64,000 nucleotides of DNA from Candidatus Dojkabacteria bacterium (GCA_030834985.1 JAUQWV010000003.1:64656-128655), one strand, 5' to 3'; counted from the first letter of the stretch, positions 21,503-32,776 are shown. Program-made: numbers and translations. Notes: generated by a model not told the origin, from the sequence alone.

Positions 21503-22542
21503 GTTATATTTATATCTGGATTAATAACTTTAAATAGTTTTTTCTGCCTTTGTTTTACTTGTTTAAATTCTTTTGTATGTACAAAACTCTGGTACGGCTT
21601 TTTTGTCTGATTATCTTTCTTAACTTGATCTTTTAATCTCAAATCTGTCATGCTTGGTACAGTTGTAGTATGTATGCGATACAAATGATAGAATCCATCT
21701 AAATGTTTAAACCTTGCACCTGCTTTAGCCATACGTAGCCAAAAATCCCAATCTTCAAAAATCTCCTTACTATCTGAATAACCAATATTATGTTCTTCCC
21801 AAAATGATTTTCGAAACAGTGAGGGAGTAGATAAGAAATTAAATTCAAAAATATTATCATAATAAAAGTCTGGCTTTATCTGTTCACGATCATCTTCTTC
21901 AAAAAATTTAATATCAGGATATACAACATCATAGTGCTCCCTTTCCAGAACCTCTACTGCCTGTTTAAAATAATCAGGAGCAAGCATATCATCTGCATCT
22001 AGCATACAGATATATCTTCCCTTAGCTTCTTGAATACCTACAAGTCTATTTTCTCCTATAGACGTTCTATGCCCTTGATAAATAACTCTAGTATTGTCCC
22101 ACTTTCGCTTTTTTATTTTTTCTCGTGATCCATCAGTTGAAAACCCTTCTACTAATATGATTTCAACTTTATCTCCTAGCCCTTGATTATTTACACTATT
22201 TATACAATCGTCGATGAACTCATAGTAATTGAAATATGGAATTACAACTGTTATTAAAACACCTTCATGTTTCGTATTATCAACTGATTCTAATGTTAGA
22301 TTCAGATATGTTTGATCTATGAATTTAGAGATATTAGACACAATCGGAATGGCTTTAATAAGCATATCTACCCTATCCGACAGTTTTAAATGTTTTGCAA
22401 GGAAAACTTCTCTAATTCTCCAAAATCGGCTTCTTCTAATGGCTTCTAATTCATATTTAACTTTATTGAGCTCAATGAGTTGATGCTTAGCAAGCTCTAG
22501 TTCTCGCTGTAATCGTGCTATTCTCTTATCTTTATCATCCAT
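21496..22542 (-). CDS. GT2 with N-terminal coiled coil
   Basis: Coiled coil ending SRFWR, then VVIPYFN, LDADD, EDWDFW. Confidence 0.88.
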   Translation of the reverse strand: MDDKDKRIARLQRELELAKHQLIELNKVKYELEAIRRSRFWRIREVFLAKHLKLSDRVDMLIKAIPIVSNISKFIDQTYLNLTLESVDNTKHEGVLITVVIPYFNYYEFIDDCINSVNNQGLGDKVEIILVEGFSTDGSREKIKKRKWDNTRVIYQGHRTSIGENRLVGIQEAKGRYICMLDADDMLAPDYFKQAVEVLEREHYDVVYPDIKFFEEDDREQIKPDFYYDNIFEFNFLSTPSLFRKSFWEEHNIGYSDSKEIFEDWDFWLRMAKAGARFKHLDGFYHLYRIHTTTVPSMTDLRLKDQVKKDNQTKKPYQSFVHTKEFKQVKQRQKKLFKVINPDINITW

Positions 22543-22559
22543 AATTCATACTTAACAGT

Positions 22560-23873
22560 TTATTTTTGGATTAGCTCATTATATAGACTAAAGTAATCAT
22601 TTACCATTTTAGTTTGGGTAAAATCTTGCAGAAAAATTTGTATAGACCTTTCTGAGGCAGAATCTCTTAAATTTACATCAGAAATAAAGAGATCTAAACC
22701 TTTCATAAAATCCTGTGTATCATTATATTTAGCAATATAACCAGTTCCCATATGTTTAACTAGCTCGGGAATCCCACCCGTATTATATGTTAACACAGGT
22801 GTTCCTGTTGCCATGTTCTCAATTACTGCTAAAGGTAAATTATCCCAAAGCGAAGGATAAATGAATAAATCTGCAGCTGAATAATATTTAGCTAGCAATA
22901 TTTGATCGCTAATATATGGTATAACAATACTTTTTTCATCATTGAAATCCTTTTCAGCCCCTCCCAATATTATAAATACCACATCATCGTTATTTTTAAG
23001 ATGCTCATACATTTTTAAAATAGTATTACCTGAGTCTTTTGTTCCTGCTGTAAGACCCCATGCAGCACTAAAAAGTAATAGTATCTTATTTACAGGTAAG
23101 TTCAGCTCTTTTCTAACCTCAATTTTATTGTAAGGTTTAAATATCTTTTCATCTACCCCATTATGAATCAACCTTATGTCAGTATTTTTAAATATTCCTT
23201 TCTTAGCTTTATTATAAAGCCATCGGGATGGAGTTACGATCGTTAAATACGAATTATTAACGATTCTTTCTGAGCTCCTACGTAAATTTCTTCTCTGTTT
23301 TTGTGATAATTGCTTATAGAAATCTATTTCGCCAGTATCTGACTCCTTATCCGGGTAGTCTTCAAAGAGATCTAAAGAATCGTGTAAGGTCCATATCGTC
23401 CTTTTCTGTGCCGTCAGTTTTGGAAGTACAAATTTACTAAAATAGTTTAAATGGATGTTATGCATATGCACAATATCAGCTCTTTTAAATTCATCTATTT
23501 CTAGAATATTAAAAGAAGCTAACTTAAAAAAGTCAAACCATTGATACCTCTCACTATAAATATTTAATAACCTTGCTAATCGATCATTTCTTTGTTTAAG
23601 AACAATTATATTGTTTTCTGGCTCTGTCACCATATTTACTAATATATTTGTATCTAATCTTTCTTTAAGAAGTGATTTATGAATTATATAGCCAACTTTA
23701 GCTGCTCCGCCTTTCTTATCAATTTCGGAAATCGTTAGAATAGAATTTAGTTTATTAATTGGTACATGTATTTTAGGATACTTCCTTGAAATTGGAATTA
23801 AATATAAGTTTAAAGTTAAAAAACCAATAGTTTTAATTACTATAATTTTTAGTTGCTTAGTTAGGTTTTGCAT
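22560..23873 (-). CDS. Glycosyltransferase family 4 (WcaC-like)
   Basis: GGAA, HMHNIH, WTLHD, PSRWL, DNLP...E. Confidence 0.88.
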   Translation of the reverse strand: MQNLTKQLKIIVIKTIGFLTLNLYLIPISRKYPKIHVPINKLNSILTISEIDKKGGAAKVGYIIHKSLLKERLDTNILVNMVTEPENNIIVLKQRNDRLARLLNIYSERYQWFDFFKLASFNILEIDEFKRADIVHMHNIHLNYFSKFVLPKLTAQKRTIWTLHDSLDLFEDYPDKESDTGEIDFYKQLSQKQRRNLRRSSERIVNNSYLTIVTPSRWLYNKAKKGIFKNTDIRLIHNGVDEKIFKPYNKIEVRKELNLPVNKILLLFSAAWGLTAGTKDSGNTILKMYEHLKNNDDVVFIILGGAEKDFNDEKSIVIPYISDQILLAKYYSAADLFIYPSLWDNLPLAVIENMATGTPVLTYNTGGIPELVKHMGTGYIAKYNDTQDFMKGLDLFISDVNLRDSASERSIQIFLQDFTQTKMVNDYFSLYNELIQK

Positions 23874-24798
23874 ATTTATCTATTATATTTTTTCTAAATA
23901 AAGACCTATACCTTTCATCTTTCAATAAGTTAATACTATGGTGAGCAAAAATATCTTGTGATAATTTTAAATCAGGGAACTTTCTTCTAAAAGCAATGTT
24001 CGCGTTACAAATAAAATTATATAACATATAACCTTGCACTGGATTTAAATTTGACGCATGCCTTATATAATTAGATTCTTTTTTTCCTATCTTAATGCCC
24101 AAAATACTGCTAAATGCTTCGATAAGAATTCGCTGTGCTGTCTTATCTTGATCTTCAGAGTTTTTTATAGAGATACTTTCATTGTGAACTCTGTATTTTA
24201 CTAACGGCTCCTGAATATTGTACAATTTAAGACCTTGCTCTATAAATTTAAACCAGAAGCCATAATCCTGGGCTTTCTTATGATTAATGTTGTAGCCACC
24301 AATATTTTCAGCATCCTCTGTTTTGAACATCACTGAGCTATGCACCATTGGATTAGCAAAAAATATATATCCCATGATTTCTTCATAATCTTCTGGATAT
24401 TTAGCTATTTCTAAATTATTACCGTTTTTATCAATAAGTTGAATATTAGAACCCACAATAGAGTATTCAGGATTGCCTTCAAGAAAATTGTATTGCTTTT
24501 CTAATCGAGAAAGATTACTTATGTCATCAGCATCCATTCTTGCTATATACTTGCCTTCAGCTATATTAATTCCTTTATTTAGTGATTTTGTTAATCCAAT
24601 ATTATCTTTATTATTTATTAAAACTATTCTAATATCATCATAGGTCTTTATAATCTCCTTTGATCTATCAGTAGATGCATCGTTAATTATTACGAATTCA
24701 AAATCTGTAAAAGTTTGGTTAAGTATGCTATCAATAGCTTCTTTCAGATAAGCTTGCCCATTATATACTGACATTAATACAGAAATTTTCGGATTCAT
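23857..24798 (-). CDS. Glycosyltransferase family 2
   Basis: ISVLMSVYN, INDASTD, ARMDADD, QDY. Confidence 0.92.
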   Translation of the reverse strand: MNPKISVLMSVYNGQAYLKEAIDSILNQTFTDFEFVIINDASTDRSKEIIKTYDDIRIVLINNKDNIGLTKSLNKGINIAEGKYIARMDADDISNLSRLEKQYNFLEGNPEYSIVGSNIQLIDKNGNNLEIAKYPEDYEEIMGYIFFANPMVHSSVMFKTEDAENIGGYNINHKKAQDYGFWFKFIEQGLKLYNIQEPLVKYRVHNESISIKNSEDQDKTAQRILIEAFSSILGIKIGKKESNYIRHASNLNPVQGYMLYNFICNANIAFRRKFPDLKLSQDIFAHHSINLLKDERYRSLFRKNIIDKYAKPN

Positions 24799-24820
24799 AA
24801 GTTATTAAATTAATTGAAAG

Positions 24821-25375
24821 TTATTTTCTGCTACCAATTATTTTTGCAGGAACTCCAGCCATTATCTTATATGGCGGAACATCTTTGGTAACCACAGCAC
24901 CAGCACCAATCACAGACCCTGTACCCACTACAACACCGTCCAGAATAGTAACGCCTGCGCCAATCCAAACATCATCTTCAATGATAATTCCTTCTTTAGA
25001 TAAACCTTGCTTAGTAATTGGAATATCTGGGTTTGCAAATATATGATTTGACGGAACAATAACTGTATGAGTAGCAATTCTAACATTATTCCCAATCTTT
25101 AAACCTCCGTGTCCATATATAACGCAATAAGGGTTAAAGGAACAATTTTCACCTATCTCTACCCAACCACTATTTGTGCTAATCATCACTCCCCTTCTAA
25201 GAATACAATTATCTCCTATTCGTATGTATTTTCCTCCGCCGTCTCCTACAGCATCAATAACAACACTATCTTCTATTTTCAAATTCTTGCCTAGAGTGAC
25301 CTTATCTTTGCCTATTATTCTTACCTTCCTATTAAAAAAAAACAAATTTAGAATTTTATTTATAATACTATCCAT
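24821..25375 (-). CDS. Hexapeptide-repeat O-acyltransferase
   Basis: Left-handed beta-helix repeats; IEDDVWIGAG...GAGAVVTKDV...GVPAK. Confidence 0.9.
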   Translation of the reverse strand: MDSIINKILNLFFFNRKVRIIGKDKVTLGKNLKIEDSVVIDAVGDGGGKYIRIGDNCILRRGVMISTNSGWVEIGENCSFNPYCVIYGHGGLKIGNNVRIATHTVIVPSNHIFANPDIPITKQGLSKEGIIIEDDVWIGAGVTILDGVVVGTGSVIGAGAVVTKDVPPYKIMAGVPAKIIGSRK

Positions 25376-26271
25376 TCATTTAGGTTAATATCTATCGGGT
25401 TTTTAACTTCATTTTGGAACCACTGCTTAGGGGCAATTACTATTTTATCTTTATATTCAGATAACCACGCTCCCCACCAACTAAAAGTACTATTAGCAAT
25501 AATAAAATACTTACAATTCTGTAAAAGCCTCATATCTTCATAACCGTGATCATGATCATTAATGTCACAATATATAATATCTGTAGTTGAGAATTGCATC
25601 TCATTTTTAACCCAATCTATATCATCTGAGAATATATAAAAAATGGGGTTTTTTACCATCTCTTTAATGATCTCTATAGCTTTAGAGTAGTATCCATTAT
25701 CTAAATGTATAAAATGCTGAGAGGCCGATTTTTTAAAAATATAATCAGTACGCCGAATATGCAATGCTACTGAATTTGAATTTTTAATTTGTTCAAGCAT
25801 TCTTGAATTAATGTTATTAGGAGCTTCTTTTAATGTAAATTCTTTTAGCAAAGTATTTCTAATAGACTTGAAATTTTTATATGTTGGCCAAACTCCATCC
25901 AAATAAATATTGGCTTTTAGACTATGCAATCGTTTATCGTATAATCTGGTTATTTGTTTATAGTATATGTTAAGGTCTTTTACTCCTAAAACCGCTAAAT
26001 GTAACTTTATAGTGTTATTAATACCTAGCTTAAACTTTTCTAACTCGTTTTTAGAAGCAATTTCTGCATTAATATTAAAAAGCTCTAACCTAAAACCACG
26101 CTTAATAAAATCACCTATAAGTTCATCATTTTGACCTAATTCACTAATATCCAATAGTAAATTAGTATTATTTTTAATTGATAAGGCTCGGCCTAACGCG
26201 TATTGAAACATTTGATTACCAAGCCCGCCCGTCAGTTTCGTTATTATCATAATATAAGCTATATTTTCCAC
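25360..26271 (-). CDS. Alpha-1,2-fucosyltransferase (GT11)
   Basis: GGLGNQMFQY, HIRRTDY, FSDD, IANSTFSWWGAWL; real start is probably MIITKL, 7 codons in. Confidence 0.92.
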   Translation of the reverse strand: MENIAYIMIITKLTGGLGNQMFQYALGRALSIKNNTNLLLDISELGQNDELIGDFIKRGFRLELFNINAEIASKNELEKFKLGINNTIKLHLAVLGVKDLNIYYKQITRLYDKRLHSLKANIYLDGVWPTYKNFKSIRNTLLKEFTLKEAPNNINSRMLEQIKNSNSVALHIRRTDYIFKKSASQHFIHLDNGYYSKAIEIIKEMVKNPIFYIFSDDIDWVKNEMQFSTTDIIYCDINDHDHGYEDMRLLQNCKYFIIANSTFSWWGAWLSEYKDKIVIAPKQWFQNEVKNPIDINLNEWIVL

Positions 26272-27488
26272 TCCACAGGGATCTGTGCAATACCATGCGT
26301 GAGCTTTTTATTTGCATTAATAGTAAATAGAAAATTCTTTTCATGCCAATCAAGTACAGTTTCTACATCTCCTTCTGCCAATGTAGTTGTACAACGATAA
26401 TTACCTGCTCTTAAATACAAATTAGGAATTATAACTTCTATATATCCTTCACCGCTTATTTCTGTATCAGAAAGATCTAAAGTATAGTTAGAATATGATG
26501 CTACTACACTTACATTTTCCACATTAGCAATTCCAAAAGTAAATATTGGTGACTTTACTGAACGATTACATTTATAAAATATTCTAGCTTTAAAAAAGCT
26601 TCCTGAATCAAATGCAGTAGTTTGTTCATCTTTATCATTAAAAAATTCAACCCTTGTTATTATAGTGTTTGAATCGTTTGTTATGTGTGTTCCGACAGAA
26701 GAAGAAGATTTATCATCGCTATCCTTTTTAAACATAAAATTTTCAAATTTGTCGCAAACTTCGTTTACCGGCCCACTTTCTTTAATCATACCTTTATCTA
26801 GCCATAATGCATGTTCACAAGCATTTCTAACTTGATTCATGCTATGACTGACAAGTATTAATGTTCCTCCATTCTTTCTAAAGTCAGATATTTTTTTATG
26901 ACACTTTAGTGCAAATGCCAAATCCCCGACGGCCAAAACCTCATCTGCCAGGAGAATATCAGGTCTGCTATGTATTGCGATTGAGAATCCCAATCTTATC
27001 GACATGCCAGATGAGTAAGTTGAAACGGGAGCATCAATAAAATCTCCAATATCTGCAAAATCAATAATTTCATCAAAGATATTTTTAATTTCATTTCTAG
27101 ACATCCCTAGTATGGTCCCACTCAGATAAATATTCTCTCTACCAGTCATATGAGGATGAAATCCCGCACCAACTGCGATAAGCGCACCTATTTTTCCTTT
27201 AACTCTAATACTGCCTTCATCAGGAGGAAAGATTCCATTAATTAACCTTAATAATGTTGATTTACCTGATCCATTATGCCCAATAATTGCCAACCCTTCG
27301 CCTTGTTTTAGTTCAAAGCTCACATCATTTAAAGACCAAAACTCTCCTTTCCTAAGCTTAGTAGTGTCAGGTTTAATACCAAACATACTTTTGAAAATAT
27401 CTGTACTTCCGTAAAACATGCTACGTTTAATGCTCCTTGTAAATTTCTTACTTACATTATCTATTTTTATTACAACATCCTTATCCAT
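26259..27488 (-). CDS. wzt: Polysaccharide ABC transporter ATPase with C-terminal Wzt-C domain
   Basis: GHNGSGKST, YSSGM, DEVLAVGD, plus about 160-aa beta-rich C-terminal domain. Confidence 0.9.
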   Translation of the reverse strand: MDKDVVIKIDNVSKKFTRSIKRSMFYGSTDIFKSMFGIKPDTTKLRKGEFWSLNDVSFELKQGEGLAIIGHNGSGKSTLLRLINGIFPPDEGSIRVKGKIGALIAVGAGFHPHMTGRENIYLSGTILGMSRNEIKNIFDEIIDFADIGDFIDAPVSTYSSGMSIRLGFSIAIHSRPDILLADEVLAVGDLAFALKCHKKISDFRKNGGTLILVSHSMNQVRNACEHALWLDKGMIKESGPVNEVCDKFENFMFKKDSDDKSSSSVGTHITNDSNTIITRVEFFNDKDEQTTAFDSGSFFKARIFYKCNRSVKSPIFTFGIANVENVSVVASYSNYTLDLSDTEISGEGYIEVIIPNLYLRAGNYRCTTTLAEGDVETVLDWHEKNFLFTINANKKLTHGIAQIPVEWKI

Positions 27489-27491
27489 AAA

Positions 27492-28346
27492 TTAAATCAT
27501 CCTTTCAATTACTTTGTCTTCAGAAACATAAAATAGTCTCCACGACAACATAAAAAATACAAATGAAATTGCGGCAACTAATAAATACCTTTCGGGATAG
27601 TGTATTGTGCCTTCCACAATAATATCGCGTGCTCCAGTAACAAGATAAGTTAATGGATTAATTTGAACTACTGTTTGCAATAAAGGATTCTCAATTTTAT
27701 CTATCTGATAAACAATTGGAATTGCATAAAATACAAATCCCATTATTATGTTAATAACATTTGTTAAATCACTTGCTACTACTGATAAAACACTCACTAT
27801 TAATCCTAAGCCTGCTCCTAAAAAGAATAAAGGAATAGCTGTTAGTGGAAAAAGTAATATTCCTAAACTAGGAGTAACTCCAAACAGTAATAAAACAATA
27901 ATATTTACTACAAAAGTTATTAGAAAGTTTGCAATATGTTGCGCTGTTTGTTTTATTAGTAAAGCTTCATGAGGATATTTAACTTGATTAATAAATCCTG
28001 CGCCAGCTCCAAGTGTACCACCTGCAGATCCATAAAATCCCATAAAAAGCCCCCATATAGATGAGCCTAACAATACATATGCTGGGAAAGGGATTGGTGT
28101 ATCACCAGGCTGTAAAATTCCAGCTGAATTTAAAAATACCCAGGACACAATACCTACAAGCGGAGAAATCAAGATCCAGGCTAATCCTAAATAAGACTTT
28201 TTGTATGACATAAAAAAGTCTCTTTTAAATAACTGTATTATCAACTCTTTAGACTTTACAATATTTTTAAACATGATCACCCATGTTTCAAAAAAGCCAA
28301 TTTTGAGTCGTTGATTAGGTTCGTAAACCGTAACTTCTTTATTCAT
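27492..28346 (-). CDS. wzm: Polysaccharide ABC transporter permease
   Basis: YKKSYLGLAW..ISP, PIVY, NPL; 6 TMs. Confidence 0.9.
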   Translation of the reverse strand: MNKEVTVYEPNQRLKIGFFETWVIMFKNIVKSKELIIQLFKRDFFMSYKKSYLGLAWILISPLVGIVSWVFLNSAGILQPGDTPIPFPAYVLLGSSIWGLFMGFYGSAGGTLGAGAGFINQVKYPHEALLIKQTAQHIANFLITFVVNIIVLLLFGVTPSLGILLFPLTAIPLFFLGAGLGLIVSVLSVVASDLTNVINIIMGFVFYAIPIVYQIDKIENPLLQTVVQINPLTYLVTGARDIIVEGTIHYPERYLLVAAISFVFFMLSWRLFYVSEDKVIERMI

Positions 28347-28351
28347 ATTAT

Positions 28352-29296
28352 TTATTTTTCAGTAATATTGTTTCTATTCTGCATGAACCAGTCATACATT
28401 TTTTGAAGCCCTTCTTTAAGAGGAGTTTTTGCTTTCCAACCTAATTCATTTATTTTTGTAGTATCTAAATATCTTCGCGGCGTTCCATCTGGTTTTGAAG
28501 TATCAAATATCAATTCACCTTCAAATCCTGTAACCTCTTTCATTAATTCAGCCAATTCTTTTATTGTAGTTTCGTAACCAGGACCTATATTGATATGTTC
28601 AAGTTCATCATAATTTAACATAAGATATACTAAGCCTTCCGCCAAATCTTCAGAGAATAAAAAGTCTCGTGTTGGTTTACCAGTCCCCCACACTACTACC
28701 TCTCTCTCCTTTGCCGCTTTTGTTTCTGTAAATCTACGCAATAGCATTGGAATTACATGCGCATTTTGTTTATGGAAATTATCATTTGGTCCATATAAAT
28801 TTGCTGGCATTACAGAAATAAAGTTATCTCCATATTGCTCTTTATATTTCTTTGCCAGTATTAAACTAGAAATTTTAGCAATAGCATAAGCTTCGTTTGT
28901 ATACTCAAGAGGACCAGTAAGCAAAGACTGTTCTTTAATAGGGACTTCTGCTGCAACTGGATAAATACAAACACTTCCAAAGTTAAGGAGTTTTTTGACT
29001 TTTGTGTCGTGTGCTGATTTAAGAACATTAGTATTAATCATCTGATTTTCGTACAAAAAATCTGCAGGGTAGGTTTTGTTACCTACAATACCTCCTACTT
29101 TTGCTGCTAGATGAAAAACATACTCCGGGCGCTCTTTGTCAAAAAATTTTTTTGTTGCTTTAGGATCTAAAAGATCTAATTCTTTATGAGGTTTAGTTAT
29201 GATATTTTCATAACCTTGATTTTGAAGTTCTTTAACTAAGGCTGTACCTACTAATCCACTATGCCCTGATATGTAAATCTTTGAGGATTTATCCAT
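28352..29296 (-). CDS. fcl: GDP-L-fucose synthase
   Basis: GHSGLVG, AAKVGGI, YAIAK, NLYGPNDNF, KPDGTPR. Confidence 0.95.
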   Translation of the reverse strand: MDKSSKIYISGHSGLVGTALVKELQNQGYENIITKPHKELDLLDPKATKKFFDKERPEYVFHLAAKVGGIVGNKTYPADFLYENQMINTNVLKSAHDTKVKKLLNFGSVCIYPVAAEVPIKEQSLLTGPLEYTNEAYAIAKISSLILAKKYKEQYGDNFISVMPANLYGPNDNFHKQNAHVIPMLLRRFTETKAAKEREVVVWGTGKPTRDFLFSEDLAEGLVYLMLNYDELEHINIGPGYETTIKELAELMKEVTGFEGELIFDTSKPDGTPRRYLDTTKINELGWKAKTPLKEGLQKMYDWFMQNRNNITEK

Positions 29297-29302
29297 AATA
29301 AT

Positions 29303-30067
29303 CTACCTTTTAAATTTATTAGTTAAATTATTTACACGAGTTTTTAATAGAGAGATTATACCTGGTTTTACTGGACCATATATTTTCTTGTAAAATATTA
29401 CCTGTATTAATCTTGCTGGGCCCATTTGAATTATGGAACTATCGACATCTGTAGAATTCGCAAATGCTTTTGTAATATTCATACTAAACCCTTCTCTATT
29501 CCAAATTACAAAATCTTTCTTTTTAATTGTAAAGTTCCATTGGTGCATCCCCCAGTACCCTTCATTAACCCCTTCATTTTCCTCATGAAGCAAAATCACT
29601 GCTCCACCCTTTCTAACAATAGAAAGCATCTGAGAGATACCTTCTATCGGATTATAGCTATGATCTAAAGCATTTCTATTATGTACAATATCAAAAGAAT
29701 CTAATTCAAATTTATTCAGTAGCTCTTCAGAATCACATAGTTCTGTAATAATAGGTGGGATTATATTATATTTAACATAAAGATCTGAATATAAATCGCC
29801 TAATGCATCAACTGCCGATAGCTTAATTTCAAAGTCTTTGCTTACTTTACCTAAACAAGTAGCGGGTCCTGCACCTGTATCCAGAATTTTCAGTATCTTT
29901 TCATTATTTATTTTTTTTGCAAGTTCTATTATATAAGAATCCATCTGTACCTCAGGGTCCATTCTTCTCTCAAAATCTTTAGGATATTGCGCAGATTTTG
30001 TTGCAAACCAATCCTCCCAGAAAGCAAGCTCATCTTGTTTAGAATCAATCCAGATTTTTGGTTTCAT
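29303..30067 (-). CDS. Class I SAM-dependent methyltransferase
   Basis: ILDTGAGP, FDIV..NALDH. Confidence 0.8.
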   Translation of the reverse strand: MKPKIWIDSKQDELAFWEDWFATKSAQYPKDFERRMDPEVQMDSYIIELAKKINNEKILKILDTGAGPATCLGKVSKDFEIKLSAVDALGDLYSDLYVKYNIIPPIITELCDSEELLNKFELDSFDIVHNRNALDHSYNPIEGISQMLSIVRKGGAVILLHEENEGVNEGYWGMHQWNFTIKKKDFVIWNREGFSMNITKAFANSTDVDSSIIQMGPARLIQVIFYKKIYGPVKPGIISLLKTRVNNLTNKFKR

Positions 30068-30076
30068 AACTTATGG

Positions 30077-31120
30077 TTAATAATTATAGCTATGATTTTT
30101 TTCGTTCTCTAAATCAAATGCAACCATCTCTTTTACTAAACTTTGAAATGTATATTTAGGCTCCCAACCTAAAATTGTTTTTGCTTTAGTTGGATCTCCA
30201 AGTAAAAGATCAACTTCAGCTGGTCTAAAATATTTCGGATCAACTTTAATTATTTCCTTTCCTGTCTTTTTATCAATTCCAATTTCATCTACTCCTTGTC
30301 CTTTCCATTCAATTTCCATATTAAGCTCTTTAGCTGCAAGTTCAATAAACTCTCTTACAGAATGAGTTTCGCCAGTTGCGACAACAAAATCATCTCCTTT
30401 TGGCTGTTGTAAAATCATCCACATCATTTCTACATAGTCTTTAGCATGTCCCCAATCTCTTTTAGAATCAAGATTTCCCATATACAGTGCCTCTTGATTA
30501 CCTAACTTAATATTTGCTAATCCTCTAGTGATTTTTCTAGTTACAAATGTTCTACCTCGTCTTGGCGACTCATGATTAAACAAAATACCATTACTTAAAT
30601 GTAAGTCGTAACTTTCTCTATAATTTACAGTAATCCAGTAACCATAAAGTTTTGCCACTCCATATGGTGATCTTGGATAAAAAGGAGTAGTTTCTTTTTG
30701 TGGTATTTCAACAACTTTGCCAAACATCTCTGAACTACTTGCTTGATAAAAATGAGCATTTGGAGCATAGTTTCTAATGGCTTCTAAAACTCTTAAAACG
30801 CCAAGTCCAGTAACATTTCCAGTATATTCTGGGATATCAAAACTTACTTTTACATGACTCATTGCACCAAGGTTATATACTTCATCTGGGATAATTTCTC
30901 TAATTAATTTATCCGTTACAGAGGTATCTGATAAATCACCATAATGTAAAATTAAATTCGGATGGTTATGCTGGTCTTCATAAAGATTATCTATTCTATT
31001 AGTATTGAAGTTAGAAGCTCTTCGTATTATCCCATGTACTTCATATCCTTTTTCTAAAAGAAGCTCTGCCAAATAACTTCCATCTTGACCAGTAATACCT
31101 GTAATTAAAGCTTTTTTCAT
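30077..31120 (-). CDS. gmd: GDP-mannose 4,6-dehydratase
   Basis: [36 protein letters not shown]. Confidence 0.97.
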   Translation of the reverse strand: MKKALITGITGQDGSYLAELLLEKGYEVHGIIRRASNFNTNRIDNLYEDQHNHPNLILHYGDLSDTSVTDKLIREIIPDEVYNLGAMSHVKVSFDIPEYTGNVTGLGVLRVLEAIRNYAPNAHFYQASSSEMFGKVVEIPQKETTPFYPRSPYGVAKLYGYWITVNYRESYDLHLSNGILFNHESPRRGRTFVTRKITRGLANIKLGNQEALYMGNLDSKRDWGHAKDYVEMMWMILQQPKGDDFVVATGETHSVREFIELAAKELNMEIEWKGQGVDEIGIDKKTGKEIIKVDPKYFRPAEVDLLLGDPTKAKTILGWEPKYTFQSLVKEMVAFDLENEKNHSYNY

Positions 31121-31190
31121 GAGAATAATTAAAATCTAAATTGATTGCCCTTGCATTATATAGCAAGTGGTACTTTAAACAAAATTGTTG

Positions 31191-31940
31191 TTATAAGGTT
31201 TGCATAACATCAGCTTCATACTGGCCTGTTACAGTTTCCGGATCTCCAATCATTTCTACTTTATGATCCTTAATGTATATGACCCTATCTGAAAGCTCTT
31301 TAATCTTATTTATGGATTGGGTTACATATATTACAGTTGCACCTCTGTCTATTAGCTCTAACATTTTTGCTTCACTCTTTTTTTGAAACGCAATATCACC
31401 TACAGATAAAACTTCGTCCAACAAATAGATATCAGCTTTAGTTTGTACTGCAATACTGAAAGCTAAGCGGATCGTCATACCGCTAGAGTAATTCTTAACA
31501 GGAACATCAATAAAATCCCTCAATTCAGCAAACTCTATTATGCCATCTAACCTCTCTTCTAAGAACTTCCTTGTCATTCCAAGAATTGTGCCATTTAAAA
31601 AAATATTCTCCCGCCCAGTTAGTTCTGGGTTAAAACCTACTCCTAATTCTAGAAAAGGAATTAACCGGCCTAGGTAGTCGATTTTTCCGCCTTTATCGGG
31701 ATCGTATATACCTGCAATTAGTTTTAATAGCGTACTCTTACCACTACCATTTCGCCCTATAAGCCCAATAAATTCACCTTTGTAAACTTCAAAGTTTATA
31801 TCTTCTAATGCTTTAAACTGTCTTGTTTTGCCTTGATGAAAGAATGATGCAAATAAAGCTTTAAGTGTAAATTTTGCATCCTCATGAATGTAAAAAGTTT
31901 TTGAAACATTTTGTACTTTTATTGCTACTTCTTTATCCAT
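31191..31940 (-). CDS. wzt: Second polysaccharide ABC ATPase (no C-terminal domain)
   Basis: GRNGSGKST, GFNPELTGREN, YSSGM, DEVLSVGD; H-switch region reads VTQS. Confidence 0.88.
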   Translation of the reverse strand: MDKEVAIKVQNVSKTFYIHEDAKFTLKALFASFFHQGKTRQFKALEDINFEVYKGEFIGLIGRNGSGKSTLLKLIAGIYDPDKGGKIDYLGRLIPFLELGVGFNPELTGRENIFLNGTILGMTRKFLEERLDGIIEFAELRDFIDVPVKNYSSGMTIRLAFSIAVQTKADIYLLDEVLSVGDIAFQKKSEAKMLELIDRGATVIYVTQSINKIKELSDRVIYIKDHKVEMIGDPETVTGQYEADVMQTL

Positions 31941-31943
31941 ATA

Positions 31944-32726
31944 TTAAAAATGCTCTGCTACTTTTTTTACTGATTTATTAAAGTATCTCCAACCAATTAA
32001 AAAAATTATAAAACTGATAATAAAGTAGATAATCATTAAGCTTATATTTTTAGTTCCGTATATATCAAACGCCGCTCTACCCTGATTTATTACAATTCCT
32101 AGTGGATTTGCTGCAATATAATCAGACGTTCTACCACTAAACAGATTACTACTTACAGCATAGAATACTGGAGTTACCCATTGTAAAAGGATTATGCCTA
32201 ATTCAAAAATATTTTTTAAATCTCGAAACCGTATACTAATCACACTTGTAAAGAAAGAAACTCCCATTGCAAATAAAAATATTATCCCTACAATAAAAAT
32301 AAAATATAAAACACTGCCATAAGTAAATTGAACACCAGAAATTACTGCAATTACTATAAAAAATATTAGATTGATACCTAGATTAATTAAACCGCTTAGC
32401 ATTGTGCTTAAGACAACTATCTGACGAGGAAAATTAACTTTTAGAATTATATGGGCATTATCTAGTAAAGACATTTGGCCTAGCAATATAAGTTCATTGA
32501 AATAGGAAAACAATATAATTCCAGAAAGAAGATAAAGCTGATAATTAGGTATATCTACATTTACAATTCTAGTCCATACAACATACATAACTGCAAATGT
32601 TGCATATGGTTTTATTAATACCCACAAAACTCCAAGTACTGAATTTTGGTAACGCATTTTAAAATTAGTTTTAACCAACTCTATTAATAGATCAAACCTA
32701 TGTCTTTTAGTAAGGATGCTGAACAT
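31944..32726 (-). CDS. wzm: Second polysaccharide ABC permease
   Basis: RYQNSVLGVLW..IKP, FRDL, TPVFY, NPL. Confidence 0.9.
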   Translation of the reverse strand: MFSILTKRHRFDLLIELVKTNFKMRYQNSVLGVLWVLIKPYATFAVMYVVWTRIVNVDIPNYQLYLLSGIILFSYFNELILLGQMSLLDNAHIILKVNFPRQIVVLSTMLSGLINLGINLIFFIVIAVISGVQFTYGSVLYFIFIVGIIFLFAMGVSFFTSVISIRFRDLKNIFELGIILLQWVTPVFYAVSSNLFSGRTSDYIAANPLGIVINQGRAAFDIYGTKNISLMIIYFIISFIIFLIGWRYFNKSVKKVAEHF

Positions 32727-32776
32727 ATTAATAATATTTTAACTCATAACAGAATTCTAAGGTAAAATTAATTCAT

